Source: Candidatus Cloacimonadales bacterium
GTDB lineage: Bacteria > Cloacimonadota > Cloacimonadia > Cloacimonadales > JAFGVF01
DNA length: 64,000 nt
NCBI GenBank assembly: GCA_963677495.2
Contig: CAXXOU010000001.1
Coordinates: 736,001-800,000 of the forward strand
Direction of reading: 5' to 3'
Every line of letters begins with the position of its first letter. Positions within the stretch are counted from its first letter, which is position 1. This document shows, piece by piece, positions 10,638 through 20,945 of the stretch. The notes below the pieces were generated by a model, which saw only the letters and a list, made by a program, of their open reading frames with translations, ran no database searches and was not told where the DNA came from. Both the position numbers and the translations under genes were made by a program.

Positions 10638-12278
10638 ATGATAAAGGAAGTATTCATACCCTATTACAAACAGACTATTATCAATTATTGGGAAGAGCCA
10701 ATATTCACAGATTACGGTACTGATATAGCATATAAATACCGAGATGTAGCAAGATACACCATGGCTATGAAAAGTTTTTTTGAAATGCTGGATGTTGAAC
10801 AACGGGCGAAAGTTTCTGTTTGTGGTAAGAACAGTTCGCATTGGGCTTTAACATACCTTGGAACAGTTCTTAACAATAGAGTGATAGTGCCTATTCTTCC
10901 TAACTTCCCAAGTAAAGATATTCAACATATAATCAATCATTCTGATAGTGAAATACTATTTATAGATAACGAGATTTTTGATGAGATTAACGAGGAAGCG
11001 TTAAATAAAATAAAGCTCATTATCTCTCTCCAGTCGTTAGAAATCCTTTATAGTTCCAATGATGATATTAGAACAAGTATGGATCAGTTATATAATGCAG
11101 TTACTAAACTTGAAGTTAAGGATTTTGTACTTCCTGAACAGAAAGATAACTCAGAATTGATGGTAATCCTTTATACTTCAGGAACAACAGGTTTTTCGAA
11201 AGGTGTAATGCTATCTTACAATAATATTATGGCGAATATGATATACGCTAATGACAAGTTTGCTTTCCCGAAAGGAGATACAATTCTGGCATTTCTACCT
11301 AGTGCTCATGCCTATGGAGCTTCCTTTGATTTTCTATATCCTTTCATCAGATGTAACCACATCTACTTTATGTCAAAGATTCCATCCCCTAAACTACTTC
11401 TAAGAGCTCTTTCAGAGGTAAAACCGGCAGTAATAGAGGCAGTTCCATTGATATTGGAGAAAATATACCATAAGAAGCTTAAACCGACGTTAAATGAGCC
11501 CAAAATGAAATTGATGCTGAGCTTACCGGGAGTGAATAAACTTGTTTATAAAAAGATTAAAGACAAGCTTATGGAAACATTTGGAGGAAAGCTCAATGAA
11601 ATGATTGTGGGTGGAGCTCCAATGAACCATGAAGTTGAAATATTCTTAAGAAAAGTTGGATTCCCAGTAACTATCGGATACGGGATGTCTGAGTGTGCGC
11701 CATTGATATCATATGAACGCTGGTTTGAAAGACGAATCGGTAGTGTGGGCAGGGAGGTAGATTATCTCCATGTGAAGATAGATTCACCAGATCCGGCAAA
11801 GGTACCTGGCGAAATTCTGATAAAAGGTGAGCAGGTAATGATGGGATATTACAAGAATAAAGAAGCAACCCAGGCCGTATTTACTGAAGATAGCTGGATG
11901 CGTTCAGGTGATATTGGAATCATTGACGAAGATGATTTCATTTTTATCAAAGGTAGAAGTAAGTCTATGATTCTAGGGCCGGCAGGGGAGAATATTTACC
12001 CTGAAGAGCTTGAGTTTACGGTCAATAACTTGTCCTGCATACAGGAATCATTAGTGATAGAAAAGAATGGTAAGATTGTCGCAATGATCTATATTGATAT
12101 GGAGGAAGTTGACAAGTTAAAACTAACAGAAGACAAGATGCTTTCACTGATAGAGGAAAACCGAAAGGAAGTAAATAGTAATTTACCAGCTTATTCAAGG
12201 ATACATGAATTCAAGATTGTAACAGAACCCTTCCAGAAAACCCCTACACAAAAAATTAAAAGATATCTGTATCAGTAA
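10638..12278 (+). CDS. fadD: Long-chain fatty acid--CoA ligase (AMP-binding)
   Basis: YTSGTTGFSKG, GYGMSE, SGDIG, GENIYPEE and KTPTQKIKR motifs. Confidence 0.88.
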   Translation: MIKEVFIPYYKQTIINYWEEPIFTDYGTDIAYKYRDVARYTMAMKSFFEMLDVEQRAKVSVCGKNSSHWALTYLGTVLNNRVIVPILPNFPSKDIQHIINHSDSEILFIDNEIFDEINEEALNKIKLIISLQSLEILYSSNDDIRTSMDQLYNAVTKLEVKDFVLPEQKDNSELMVILYTSGTTGFSKGVMLSYNNIMANMIYANDKFAFPKGDTILAFLPSAHAYGASFDFLYPFIRCNHIYFMSKIPSPKLLLRALSEVKPAVIEAVPLILEKIYHKKLKPTLNEPKMKLMLSLPGVNKLVYKKIKDKLMETFGGKLNEMIVGGAPMNHEVEIFLRKVGFPVTIGYGMSECAPLISYERWFERRIGSVGREVDYLHVKIDSPDPAKVPGEILIKGEQVMMGYYKNKEATQAVFTEDSWMRSGDIGIIDEDDFIFIKGRSKSMILGPAGENIYPEELEFTVNNLSCIQESLVIEKNGKIVAMIYIDMEEVDKLKLTEDKMLSLIEENRKEVNSNLPAYSRIHEFKIVTEPFQKTPTQKIKRYLYQ

Positions 12279-12291
12279 TATATAGCATATT

Positions 12292-12323
12292 AAAAAAGGA
12301 ACCGAGAAATCGGTTCCTTTATT
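12292..12323. terminator. Bidirectional intrinsic terminator
   Basis: AAAGGAACCGA-GAAA-TCGGTTCCTTT hairpin between convergent genes. Confidence 0.8.
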
Positions 12324-12337
12324 CTATGTATTATGAA

Positions 12338-14104
12338 TTATTTACTTATCTTTGCATCTTTAGACATAGGTCTAATATCTAATCTTCTGAACTTAGCATC
12401 AATAGACATCTGCTGTCTACGTGTAAGAGCAGTATTATTTGTAACAAAGTAGAAGTAATTTCTAGCAGTAGCTGATGTATCTAAGAAAGAACCAGCACCA
12501 TCACTAACAGTACCAACTACAGTATATCTTGCCCCAAGTTCTTCAGCTCTATAGATGTTTTGAACAAGTCCAGGAACATCTGTCCAGAAGATTTCAGGAT
12601 AGATACCGTTCATTACTAAAGAAACATTCTGAGGTGGATCTATAGCAGTAGAAGGATAAAGAGCAAATGCTAAATCATTGTCATCCCAGTCCCACTCTGT
12701 ATTAGTGTCATCCCAATTAGCATTGAAACCATCACCAATTGGAGAAGTTGACCACATGAACCATGCATCATCAGGGGTGCCAACACTTGTACCTTCGATT
12801 GAAACCCAGCCATCAGTCATAGCAAGTTCAGCAGGAAGTTCGAAATGATACTTGTAAACAGGACCATTCGAGAATAGAGAATCAGCAACTGTTTCTCTTG
12901 TAATTGTAGGTGTATGAGTCTCGATGACAGTTCCCGGTCTTCCGGTTGCATCATCAAAGTCATAGAACTTTATTTCAAAGGTCATTGGATCTTCTGTGTC
13001 AACTGGAACCCAACCGGAACCATCATGATACCAGTTTATTCCCCAGAAATCCATAGAAGCGATATTCGCAGTCAAACCTTCAAAGCTCTCAGCATGTAAG
13101 TAGCCCGGAGCTAAGTCTGATGTACTCATAGACCAAGGATTATCTCCTTGATTACCTGCAGGTGACTGAGCATAAATAGCACCTGCATCAGCCCATGAAT
13201 TATGGATATAACCTTCTCCGGAAAGTGGAATATTGTGAACTTCTCTGTCATTGATAGTAATAGCTATATTACCTGTAACTGCACCTGTAGCTGATGGAGT
13301 ATACTCAATATAGAAAAGAGTGTTTTCAGATGAACCAAGTGTCAGAGGATATGAATCTGCATTAGGGTCATATACTGAGAAGTCAGCATTTCCGGTAAGA
13401 GCTACGTCCTGCACTACAAGACTACCACCACCTGCATTGGTAATAGTAACTGTGTCATATTTATACCCACCTATAGCAGTTTGACCAAAGTTATAACTGT
13501 CGTAGTTAAGTGATAATATAGGACCTACAACTCCGGATGTTTCAACGTTAGCTGTTGCATACATTTCATAGTTTGTGCCCCAGCCTGCACCCATACTAAG
13601 CCAAGATGTGCCGTTTCCTTGGAAAGTAGTACTAGTCGCTGCATATGTACCATCATCTGATAGCCATTGAACTTCAGCTATGCCGTATGAGCCGAGAGTC
13701 ACAGTGTAAGTGATATAGAATACATCACCGGCTGTAAACGCAAGGTTAAGACTTGTAAGGTCAATAGTTGACCATCCTGTTGTATAAGTTACGAGGTTAG
13801 CTGTTGGGACAGTTACAGAACCTAACTCTGTTCCAGGTTCTCCTGCATTGTCATCATATACATGAACAACAATTGAAGGAGGAGTACCAACTATGGAATA
13901 AAGATAAAGTTCCCAAGATGATAGAGTACAGTCAGCCGGAGCAGTGTACTGAACACCTTGTTCAACGTCACCATACTGATTTGGAGCTGCCCAAAAATAA
14001 GCTAAGCTTGGGCCATAATTGGATAATGCCATTGGGTCTCTGTCTGTTGCAATCAGAGAAAATGCAATTAATAAAACAGACAACAATAGAATAGTTTTCT
14101 TCAT
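12338..14104 (-). CDS. Secreted beta-rich protein with an Ig-like (choice-of-anchor D/ASH-like) domain and FN3-like C-terminus
   Basis: Signal peptide MKKTILLL after RBS AGGAG (start 14104); YNFG..VTITNAG..F..YTP..G Ig-like pattern. Confidence 0.7.
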   Translation of the reverse strand: MKKTILLLSVLLIAFSLIATDRDPMALSNYGPSLAYFWAAPNQYGDVEQGVQYTAPADCTLSSWELYLYSIVGTPPSIVVHVYDDNAGEPGTELGSVTVPTANLVTYTTGWSTIDLTSLNLAFTAGDVFYITYTVTLGSYGIAEVQWLSDDGTYAATSTTFQGNGTSWLSMGAGWGTNYEMYATANVETSGVVGPILSLNYDSYNFGQTAIGGYKYDTVTITNAGGGSLVVQDVALTGNADFSVYDPNADSYPLTLGSSENTLFYIEYTPSATGAVTGNIAITINDREVHNIPLSGEGYIHNSWADAGAIYAQSPAGNQGDNPWSMSTSDLAPGYLHAESFEGLTANIASMDFWGINWYHDGSGWVPVDTEDPMTFEIKFYDFDDATGRPGTVIETHTPTITRETVADSLFSNGPVYKYHFELPAELAMTDGWVSIEGTSVGTPDDAWFMWSTSPIGDGFNANWDDTNTEWDWDDNDLAFALYPSTAIDPPQNVSLVMNGIYPEIFWTDVPGLVQNIYRAEELGARYTVVGTVSDGAGSFLDTSATARNYFYFVTNNTALTRRQQMSIDAKFRRLDIRPMSKDAKISK

Positions 14105-14240
14105 AATATACACTCCTTTTTTGTATAATAGAAACCTACAATAGTCAATTTGGAGAGTTAATTCTTTTGATGTCAATACTTTTCTTAATTATATGAATTG
14201 TCAATGTTGATAAGTTGATTCTAAAGAAGTCTAACAAAAT

Positions 14241-14272
14241 AAGAAAGACCTGCATTATTGCAGGTCTTTCTT
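14241..14272 (-). terminator. Intrinsic terminator of the membrane-protein operon
   Basis: AAGAAAGACCTGCA-TTAT-TGCAGGTCTTTCTT perfect hairpin. Confidence 0.8.
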
Positions 14273-14295
14273 TAATATGTTAAGAACTCAGTTAA

Positions 14296-14898
14296 TTATT
14301 TAATGAATCCCATAATTACATCATTTACGAGGAACTGAATACGACCAATCAAAAGAGAAATACGAGCCATAACTGTATTACCAAATGATGCACCGAATCC
14401 AATCATCATAAACCAGATACCAATCTTAGTGAACTTACCATAGATACCTGTATGAGCTTTTGAGAAATAGAAATAAAGCATAACAGATACTGTTCCTAAG
14501 AAGATAAGGAACATATTGAAGCTATCGATTGGTTGCATAGCTGAGCGCATCTGCACAAGGACACTAGCGTTCATTGAGAGAATAACACCTGAACCTGTCA
14601 TACCCATACCGATAGCGATAGGATAACGTGCAAGCCAGCTAAGTTTATTGTTAAAACGGAACCAGTAGAAGGTACCGATTATACATGGAATCACAAGATA
14701 CCATTTATGTTGAATGAATATTGGCTGATAAACGAATGGGATAAACGCATTCTGCCACATGTAAGGGATACCATATCCTGCTGAAACACCAACAAGAAGC
14801 TGTTCAGACAAACGATACACAGGGTTATCTTTATATAAGAAAGAGAAGATAGCCAATGTAAAGAAAGCTGCAATTAGATTACTTATTATTTCAAACAT
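14296..14898 (-). CDS. Conserved hypothetical integral membrane protein
   Basis: SFLYKDNPVYRLSE..VGVSAGY and FGASFGNTVMARISLLIGR; about 6 TM segments; last gene of the operon. Confidence 0.8.
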   Translation of the reverse strand: MFEIISNLIAAFFTLAIFSFLYKDNPVYRLSEQLLVGVSAGYGIPYMWQNAFIPFVYQPIFIQHKWYLVIPCIIGTFYWFRFNNKLSWLARYPIAIGMGMTGSGVILSMNASVLVQMRSAMQPIDSFNMFLIFLGTVSVMLYFYFSKAHTGIYGKFTKIGIWFMMIGFGASFGNTVMARISLLIGRIQFLVNDVIMGFIK

Positions 14899-14909
14899 CT
14901 CTTCTCCTT

Positions 14910-15896
14910 TTAACCATTTTTCCTTTTCTGATGACGCTCAACGAAATATCCAACATTACCAATAAGAATAAAGAGGAATATCATAACATGAGCAACAGAT
15001 TGAGCATTCATACCGATACGAGCTGTTTTCCACTTGTATTTAATACCTGTGTTAGTTTCAGGATCATAGTCTTTTGAAATATCAATCTTAGCTTTCTCAT
15101 CCTTGTCTTTAAGAATCTCTTTACTGAATGGTCTTCCATTAGGATAATCTTCACTCTCATAAGCAGCGAAAACATCGTTAAGGTATTCATATTCAGCAGC
15201 ACCTTTCATACCTGAAAGCATACCTGTGAGCTGACCGGTCTGAAGGTAAGGATAAGCATCAGCAGCCATAACAGCTGTAACACCGGCAGCAACGTTTACA
15301 CCATAACGTGCACGTGCATAAGTAACCCAACCCATACCATAACTAGCACCTGAAGTTTCTACAACGAGTTTAAGTTCGTTATAGTTGTTAAGGCCCTTCA
15401 TCATAGGTAATGATTCAAGCTTTCTACCTTCATCATCAGTTTCAACGGCAGCAGCAATTCCATCACCCATACCAATAACGATTGGAAGATAAAGAGCAGC
15501 AGGTTTAAAGCCGATGTTGATATAATCTTCACCTGATCTCACATCAGGGAATTCGCTTTTCACTGTATCAATAGCATAACTAATCAAAGGAGCAGCAGTT
15601 TGAAGGAAAGTAAGTGTAAACACTTTAATATTTCTTTCAAAACAATGTCTTAAGATAGCAACTTCCATTGGGTAAAGCTCAGCCATAGTAGATGCATCAT
15701 GAGCAAAACAGATAAGCACAGCTCTATCTTCTCTATCTGAGAAAGAATCAATAAGCTGATACAATTTTTCTGTTGGTTCAGTAGTATATGTCGGTGCGTT
15801 AAATGGAATAAGTAAAGGGATTATAATAGCCAAAGCTACAATAAGATATATCCACTTTCTATCTAAGTCCTGTAATTTTTTAATAAATTCCATCAT
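14910..15896 (-). CDS. Conserved hypothetical membrane protein
   Basis: RBS AAGGAG before 15896; N-terminal TM; YPYLQTGQLTGMLSGMKGAAEYE motif; C-terminal TM. Confidence 0.8.
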   Translation of the reverse strand: MMEFIKKLQDLDRKWIYLIVALAIIIPLLIPFNAPTYTTEPTEKLYQLIDSFSDREDRAVLICFAHDASTMAELYPMEVAILRHCFERNIKVFTLTFLQTAAPLISYAIDTVKSEFPDVRSGEDYINIGFKPAALYLPIVIGMGDGIAAAVETDDEGRKLESLPMMKGLNNYNELKLVVETSGASYGMGWVTYARARYGVNVAAGVTAVMAADAYPYLQTGQLTGMLSGMKGAAEYEYLNDVFAAYESEDYPNGRPFSKEILKDKDEKAKIDISKDYDPETNTGIKYKWKTARIGMNAQSVAHVMIFLFILIGNVGYFVERHQKRKNG

Positions 15897-15903
15897 ATCT
15901 CCT

Positions 15904-16527
15904 TTAGTCGCCACCACCGAGGTAAGAACGCTCGATACCTAACATAATTTTAAGGGATACAGCGGTCATACCAAGACCAACACCAAGCATGAAACCACGC
16001 TTAGAAGCAAGGTTTGGTACGTCCAGAATCCATTGTGCAAAAGCAGGAATTTTCGGGCTAATCATAACACCGTAAGGCACCTGACCTAACATAACTACAA
16101 CCGCTGCTATAAGCAACACAGTCGCTTCAGCTGAACGAGCACGGAAAGCTTTATAGGCTGCGGTAGATATATAGAACGCGAGCAATGAGAACATTGTTGC
16201 AGACATCGGCATTGAGATATTCTTAAATATCCAAATATAAGGTGTACCTTCACCGATTCCCCAGATGAAACCAATTGCTGCAGTTCCGTAGAACGCAAAA
16301 AGTGTAACGTAACTATATTGCCAGTTTGGGGCTTTTCTCTTAATCTTCACAACGTTAACCATTGTGATACTCATAATACCGAGAACAACACCAAATGGGG
16401 ACATAGCTCGGATGAAGACAAGATAGCCCTGATAGAAGTCTTCTGAAATCTTATGAGGAATAATTGCCCATAAGGCAAACAGAAAACTCATGACAATTAC
16501 TATTAATAATGGTACTTGTTTTTTCAT
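15904..16527 (-). CDS. Conserved hypothetical integral membrane protein
   Basis: ATMFSLLAFYISTAAYKAFRARS and VPNLASKRG..LGIER motifs; multi-TM. Confidence 0.8.
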   Translation of the reverse strand: MKKQVPLLIVIVMSFLFALWAIIPHKISEDFYQGYLVFIRAMSPFGVVLGIMSITMVNVVKIKRKAPNWQYSYVTLFAFYGTAAIGFIWGIGEGTPYIWIFKNISMPMSATMFSLLAFYISTAAYKAFRARSAEATVLLIAAVVVMLGQVPYGVMISPKIPAFAQWILDVPNLASKRGFMLGVGLGMTAVSLKIMLGIERSYLGGGD

Positions 16528-16539
16528 TTGTATCTGCTC

Positions 16540-18198
16540 CTATTTATCAGGGAATGCGTTAATTAAAAATGTTATTTTGAATGAAGAAAGCAATGTTCCA
16601 AGGACAACAAAGAAAAGAATAAGGAACTTGAAGTAGTCCTGAGCTTTCAATGTACCAAGCATCATTGGTTCTTTAGAAAGATAAGCAGCTGCTGCATAAA
16701 GCTCTTCACCCATAAGTGTATAGTCACAAGTTGTGATGAAGAAAGGAATCTGTGTAACAGCGTCTGTACCGGAAATCTGAATAGCACCGATTGAGTTACC
16801 GGTTTCTGTCATAATAAGTGATTCAGCGTAGAACATACCCATATAGAAGTTAGTAGCTACTTTTTCACGAACCATGATACCGTTAATACCGGCAACGAAT
16901 GCGAACTGTGAACCTGTCATATAGAATACACTTGAAGGATCAAATGTATCAGGACGACCGGCTTCATAATGAGCTTCTTTCACGATCTCCTGTGCAATTG
17001 GAAGCACGATAACGTCTCTACAAGGAACAAGGATTGGTGTGTCATACTCAGCAGCTTTCTTCGCAACCTGTGAAAGGATTTGAAGACCGGCGAGTGTAGC
17101 AACATCACTAATACCTGAAAGACCTGGAACGAAGAGGATAGGACTACCCATCTCAGTTGCACGACCAATAGCGTTATCGATTTCCTGGATACCTGCGATA
17201 GGACGTAAGTAAAGCGCTTTTCCACGTCTTGCAAGGGCAACCATAATGAATACTAAGAGACCAAAGATGATAGCAGCAATAAGACCGCCGACACGTGTGC
17301 TGTAAATCCAGTTAGGTACTGGGAAGAAATATGCTGTTTTACCATCTTCAGTTTGAAGAGCTTCTCCTTGGAAGAAGTTAGCTTTACCATCTGAAATCAT
17401 AAGTTTGTAGCTCTTGCTACGCATTTCAGTTTCTCTAACTTTTCTGATATGGTTAATTCTAGCTCTTCTGCCTTTGATACTGTTTACTTCAGTAAGAGCA
17501 GGATTGTTAAGCTGTTCAATCTGAGCATTAATTTGTGCAATCTGCTGATCTAAAGCTTCAATGGCTTCTGTTTCAGTAGCAGCATTCTTTTGAGCGATAA
17601 GTTCATCAACGTCTTTCTTAAGCTGAGCCTTAGTCTCATTGTCAACTCCAGGGAAAAGACTTGCACGAAGAACTGACTCAGATGCTTCATCATACATATA
17701 GCTGATGTTATGATCAACAAGGAAGAGTTTCTTATCAACGTCGATATCCTGAACAACAACGTAATCTTTCTTGAGATAATCAGAAAGGTTATTGATGCTT
17801 CTATCAACAGCAGTAACTTCTTTAGCTACTCCATAAGAACCCTGTTGCATATTTTTACTGAAGACAGTGTAATAAGTTTGGTTAAGGTTAATGTTGCTAC
17901 TATTGAAAACGTCACCTGGCTTGAGAGACTTAATAAAGTCATCCCAAACAAGTTCTTGTCTCAAGAAATAGCTGTCATCAAGGTCAGGTCTATCAACACC
18001 TTTGGCTTTGAATCTGATTTCAACATCAATACCATTAGCAGGATCATAACCCTTAGGGAGATTCAATACAATCTTGTTATCCTGATAGAATTCATTATGC
18101 ATAAAGAAAGGTTTATCTTTACCCTTCTCGAAGAAATAGAAATGAATCTGATCAATTTTATAAAGATCATTGATTTTGTAATCATAAGCAATCATCAT
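16540..18198 (-). CDS. DUF6754-like membrane protein (probably the C-terminal part of a frameshifted gene)
   Basis: LRPIAGIQEIDNAIGRATEMG and QIPFFITTCDYTLMGEELYAAAAYLS motifs; no signal peptide. Confidence 0.72.
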   Translation of the reverse strand: MMIAYDYKINDLYKIDQIHFYFFEKGKDKPFFMHNEFYQDNKIVLNLPKGYDPANGIDVEIRFKAKGVDRPDLDDSYFLRQELVWDDFIKSLKPGDVFNSSNINLNQTYYTVFSKNMQQGSYGVAKEVTAVDRSINNLSDYLKKDYVVVQDIDVDKKLFLVDHNISYMYDEASESVLRASLFPGVDNETKAQLKKDVDELIAQKNAATETEAIEALDQQIAQINAQIEQLNNPALTEVNSIKGRRARINHIRKVRETEMRSKSYKLMISDGKANFFQGEALQTEDGKTAYFFPVPNWIYSTRVGGLIAAIIFGLLVFIMVALARRGKALYLRPIAGIQEIDNAIGRATEMGSPILFVPGLSGISDVATLAGLQILSQVAKKAAEYDTPILVPCRDVIVLPIAQEIVKEAHYEAGRPDTFDPSSVFYMTGSQFAFVAGINGIMVREKVATNFYMGMFYAESLIMTETGNSIGAIQISGTDAVTQIPFFITTCDYTLMGEELYAAAAYLSKEPMMLGTLKAQDYFKFLILFFVVLGTLLSSFKITFLINAFPDK

Positions 18199-19319
18199 CT
18201 TTCTTTACTTTCTCCGATGAAGGAAGTAGCAGAGAGAAATGCTGTTGGTTTACCCCACTGAACTTTATTGTAATCACCCTTATCATCCGGTGCATCACCA
18301 GCATAGAAAGTAGTGTCTTTATAGAATTCAGGTAATCTTGAACGCATAGATTTGATAGGTGCTGATAATGTAATGCCACCACCATAAATGCCACCAATTA
18401 CGAATGAGTATTTCTCAAGAGAATCAAAGTCGTAACCTGCAAGTTCACTTACTTTAGCTGATGCGAAAGTAGTACTGGAACTAACTTGGGCAATCTGTGT
18501 TCCATTGTCATAGTTTCCTTCGAGGAATGAATTCAATTTGCTGTCTTCAACGATAAATACTGAATATGCTTGAATCGCACCTGACTGTATTGGGTGTTTC
18601 CACTCAAATTGAACATTTCCTTCTTCAGGAAGGTATTTACTGTAAAAGTCTAAAACCGGAGCTGCTTCATTTGGCATTGGTGTGCCGGAAACAATCTCAG
18701 CTCTTTTGAAATACTTTCTCTGTTCATTCGTTGCAACAACAGTATAATAGTATTCTCTTCCGGCTACAAGTCTTCCTAAAATGCTTCCATGATACCATGG
18801 CATACCTGCATAAACCTGACCATCTTTCTCAACTTTCTTTGATTTGTAATAGTAAGGTTTGATATCCATAGCATAAAGCATGGTTGTTCCACTCTGAAGC
18901 TTCTTAAGTAGCTCCATGTCATGAGGAATCTCTTTGTAAAGCGGACTTGTTTCCATGTCCGGTTGTTTGTCTTTTTTCAGTTTAGCAGGTGAGTTGATGC
19001 TTATAAGCTGTGTCCAACTGCTATCGTAATAGTACATTACATCCGATGAAACACCTGTCTTAGGGTTCACAGGAATTGTACCGACTAAAAAGAGGGAATC
19101 AGGGCTGATACCGCGATATACATGATATTCCTGGATTCTTGCTTCTTTGGGAAGCGGAGTCCAGCTAATACGCAGTCCTGACCCGTCATCGTTGGGGATA
19201 TCTGTAACTTGAAGGTTTTCTACTACCATATTGGCTGGGGCAGCACTCCATAGAGGTGTCACAGCTAATACTAAGAGAACCATCAAAAGAGATAAACCCG
19301 TTTTTCGATGTTTAATCAT
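18195..19319 (-). CDS. Secreted FN3-like repeat protein (probably the N-terminal part of the DUF6754-like gene)
   Basis: Signal peptide; DIPNDDGSGLRISW..YHVYRG and YYYTVVA FN3-like motifs; a second copy of the motif (DAPDDKGDYNKVQW) is cut by the stop. Confidence 0.72.
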   Translation of the reverse strand: MIKHRKTGLSLLMVLLVLAVTPLWSAAPANMVVENLQVTDIPNDDGSGLRISWTPLPKEARIQEYHVYRGISPDSLFLVGTIPVNPKTGVSSDVMYYYDSSWTQLISINSPAKLKKDKQPDMETSPLYKEIPHDMELLKKLQSGTTMLYAMDIKPYYYKSKKVEKDGQVYAGMPWYHGSILGRLVAGREYYYTVVATNEQRKYFKRAEIVSGTPMPNEAAPVLDFYSKYLPEEGNVQFEWKHPIQSGAIQAYSVFIVEDSKLNSFLEGNYDNGTQIAQVSSSTTFASAKVSELAGYDFDSLEKYSFVIGGIYGGGITLSAPIKSMRSRLPEFYKDTTFYAGDAPDDKGDYNKVQWGKPTAFLSATSFIGESKER

Positions 19320-19722
19320 ACGAATCTCCTTCCTTTTTTCGATTCATTTATTTATAATAACTTTATATACACTTTTCTCTTAATTACATAAATCCCTGCA
19401 ATAATAGAACTTACATACAATAAAGTAATTGCAACGACGAGATATAGTGCATACTATTTTCCAGTTTAGTTATTTTTCAATACTTTGTAATACTGTCAAA
19501 TCCTTTTTATAAGGGGAAGTTAGTCCAATTTATGACTATTATTCATCACTCTGAATCGAAAATTTCTCTCAATTATCTTTTGCTCTTCGTTCTCTCTTCT
19601 AAGCGGAAGGAGTTTTTAAGTGACTCCACCATTTAAAACACTTTCTCAGGGATTTGTTACAACTTTTTAAGACTTGCGTTACAGCGAAATCACAATGCGA
19701 AAACGAAACCAGCACCACAATC

Positions 19723-19832
19723 CTGTACCTTTGGATTGGTCCCTAGACCTCCCAAAAGGCGCAACTTAAAGAAGTTAATATTATATTGCAAGATTACCAT
19801 TCCGAAGGTCTGTCAACCATTCGAAAGGTAGA
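19723..19832 (+). repeat. ~108-bp palindromic REPIN/MITE-like element, copy 1
   Basis: CTGTACCTT..GGT..GACCT..[spacer]..ACCATTCCGAAGGTCTG.CAACCATTCGAAAGGTAGA; matches 22907-23013 and the reverse complement of 48989-49097. Confidence 0.8.
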
Positions 19833-20195
19833 TTCATACGGCTATTTCTCAAACTCCCACCCGGTCTCTATTAGTCCAACTAGTAATTCCACCAAATTTG
19901 ACCTGGATTAAGAAAGGTATATTAAGAAGTGCATAATGAAGAAGGCATAAATTTGCCAATTTGCCAATTAATTTGCCCTGTTCCCTCCCTTCTAATCCCC
20001 TGACATCGAAAGGTGTTTCAAAGGTCTCCCACAGGTGACCCTCTCGTGACCCTCTCGTGCAATGCCTCGATTTATCCACATCGTGTGGATAACTAGGATA
20101 TTTATGGAAAACTTGTCGTAGGCACGGGACTGGAAGGGATGAGGTAGGCTCATTTCAGTATTAATGAGAATAATTGTATGATTTGATGGATGGTC

Positions 20196-20546
20196 TTATG
20201 CAATAATATTAAAGAATTGCAATACCTTCACCATGATACCATAAAAGACAATCATAGCACCTGTGGCAATTCCGAATGAGGGCCAGAATGCCATGCCTTT
20301 TTTAAGTAATATTGGAAAGAGTAAAAAGAAGATTAGGGAGGGGATGACTAACCAGAATACTGACTGCGAGAGGGCAATGATTGGTTTAATATCTTTAGTA
20401 TCAATATATAGCCAGATGATTCCAAGGAAAGAGACTAATGGTAATGAAGCAAGTATCCCACCAAGTAGTGTAAAGCGTTTTGAAATCTCTGAGATAAGAA
20501 CAATAATGATTGCTGAAATGAGTGTCTTAAGAGCGAAATGCATCAT
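20196..20546 (-). CDS. DUF3147-like small membrane protein
   Basis: ISEISKR..LGGILASLPLVS..IWLY motif. Confidence 0.78.
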   Translation of the reverse strand: MMHFALKTLISAIIIVLISEISKRFTLLGGILASLPLVSFLGIIWLYIDTKDIKPIIALSQSVFWLVIPSLIFFLLFPILLKKGMAFWPSFGIATGAMIVFYGIMVKVLQFFNIIA

Positions 20547-20899
20547 TTACCGCCTTTTATCTCTTTCTGCTCTTTCTTAGTTAAGCTGTTTAAAACGAGG
20601 TTATAGGAGTCATTAACAAGTTGTGTGAGTAGTTGTACATTGTCCATCTTAAAAACCAACACAGTGTTCCAGTGTTTCTTATTCATATGATAACCGGGTA
20701 TAATGAAATCATACTGTTCTCGCAGAGTGATTGCAAAGTCCGGGTCACTCTTTAAATTGATTCTTAAACCTGATTCATCAGAGATAATAGCAAACAGTTT
20801 CTTTCCAACTTTCATCACAGCATGCTCCGGACCGAATGGTCTATCTTCCCAAGCTCCGGGCAGGTTTTTACACAGTTCAATCAACTCATTAATTTCCAT
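20543..20899 (-). CDS. MmcQ/YjbR family protein
   Basis: PFG..MKVGKKLFA, NLKSDP and PGYHMNKKHWNTV motifs; RBS GGAG before 20899. Confidence 0.88.
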   Translation of the reverse strand: MEINELIELCKNLPGAWEDRPFGPEHAVMKVGKKLFAIISDESGLRINLKSDPDFAITLREQYDFIIPGYHMNKKHWNTVLVFKMDNVQLLTQLVNDSYNLVLNSLTKKEQKEIKGGK

Positions 20900-20945
20900 A
20901 TTGACTCCCATTATTGGTGCAATAAAATAACATCGGAGGATTATT

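Noticed and set aside
17710..18261. 183-aa plus-strand ORF and other short antisense or nested ORFs in the track
   Set aside because: They lie opposite or inside well-supported genes and show no recognisable motifs; treated as shadow ORFs.
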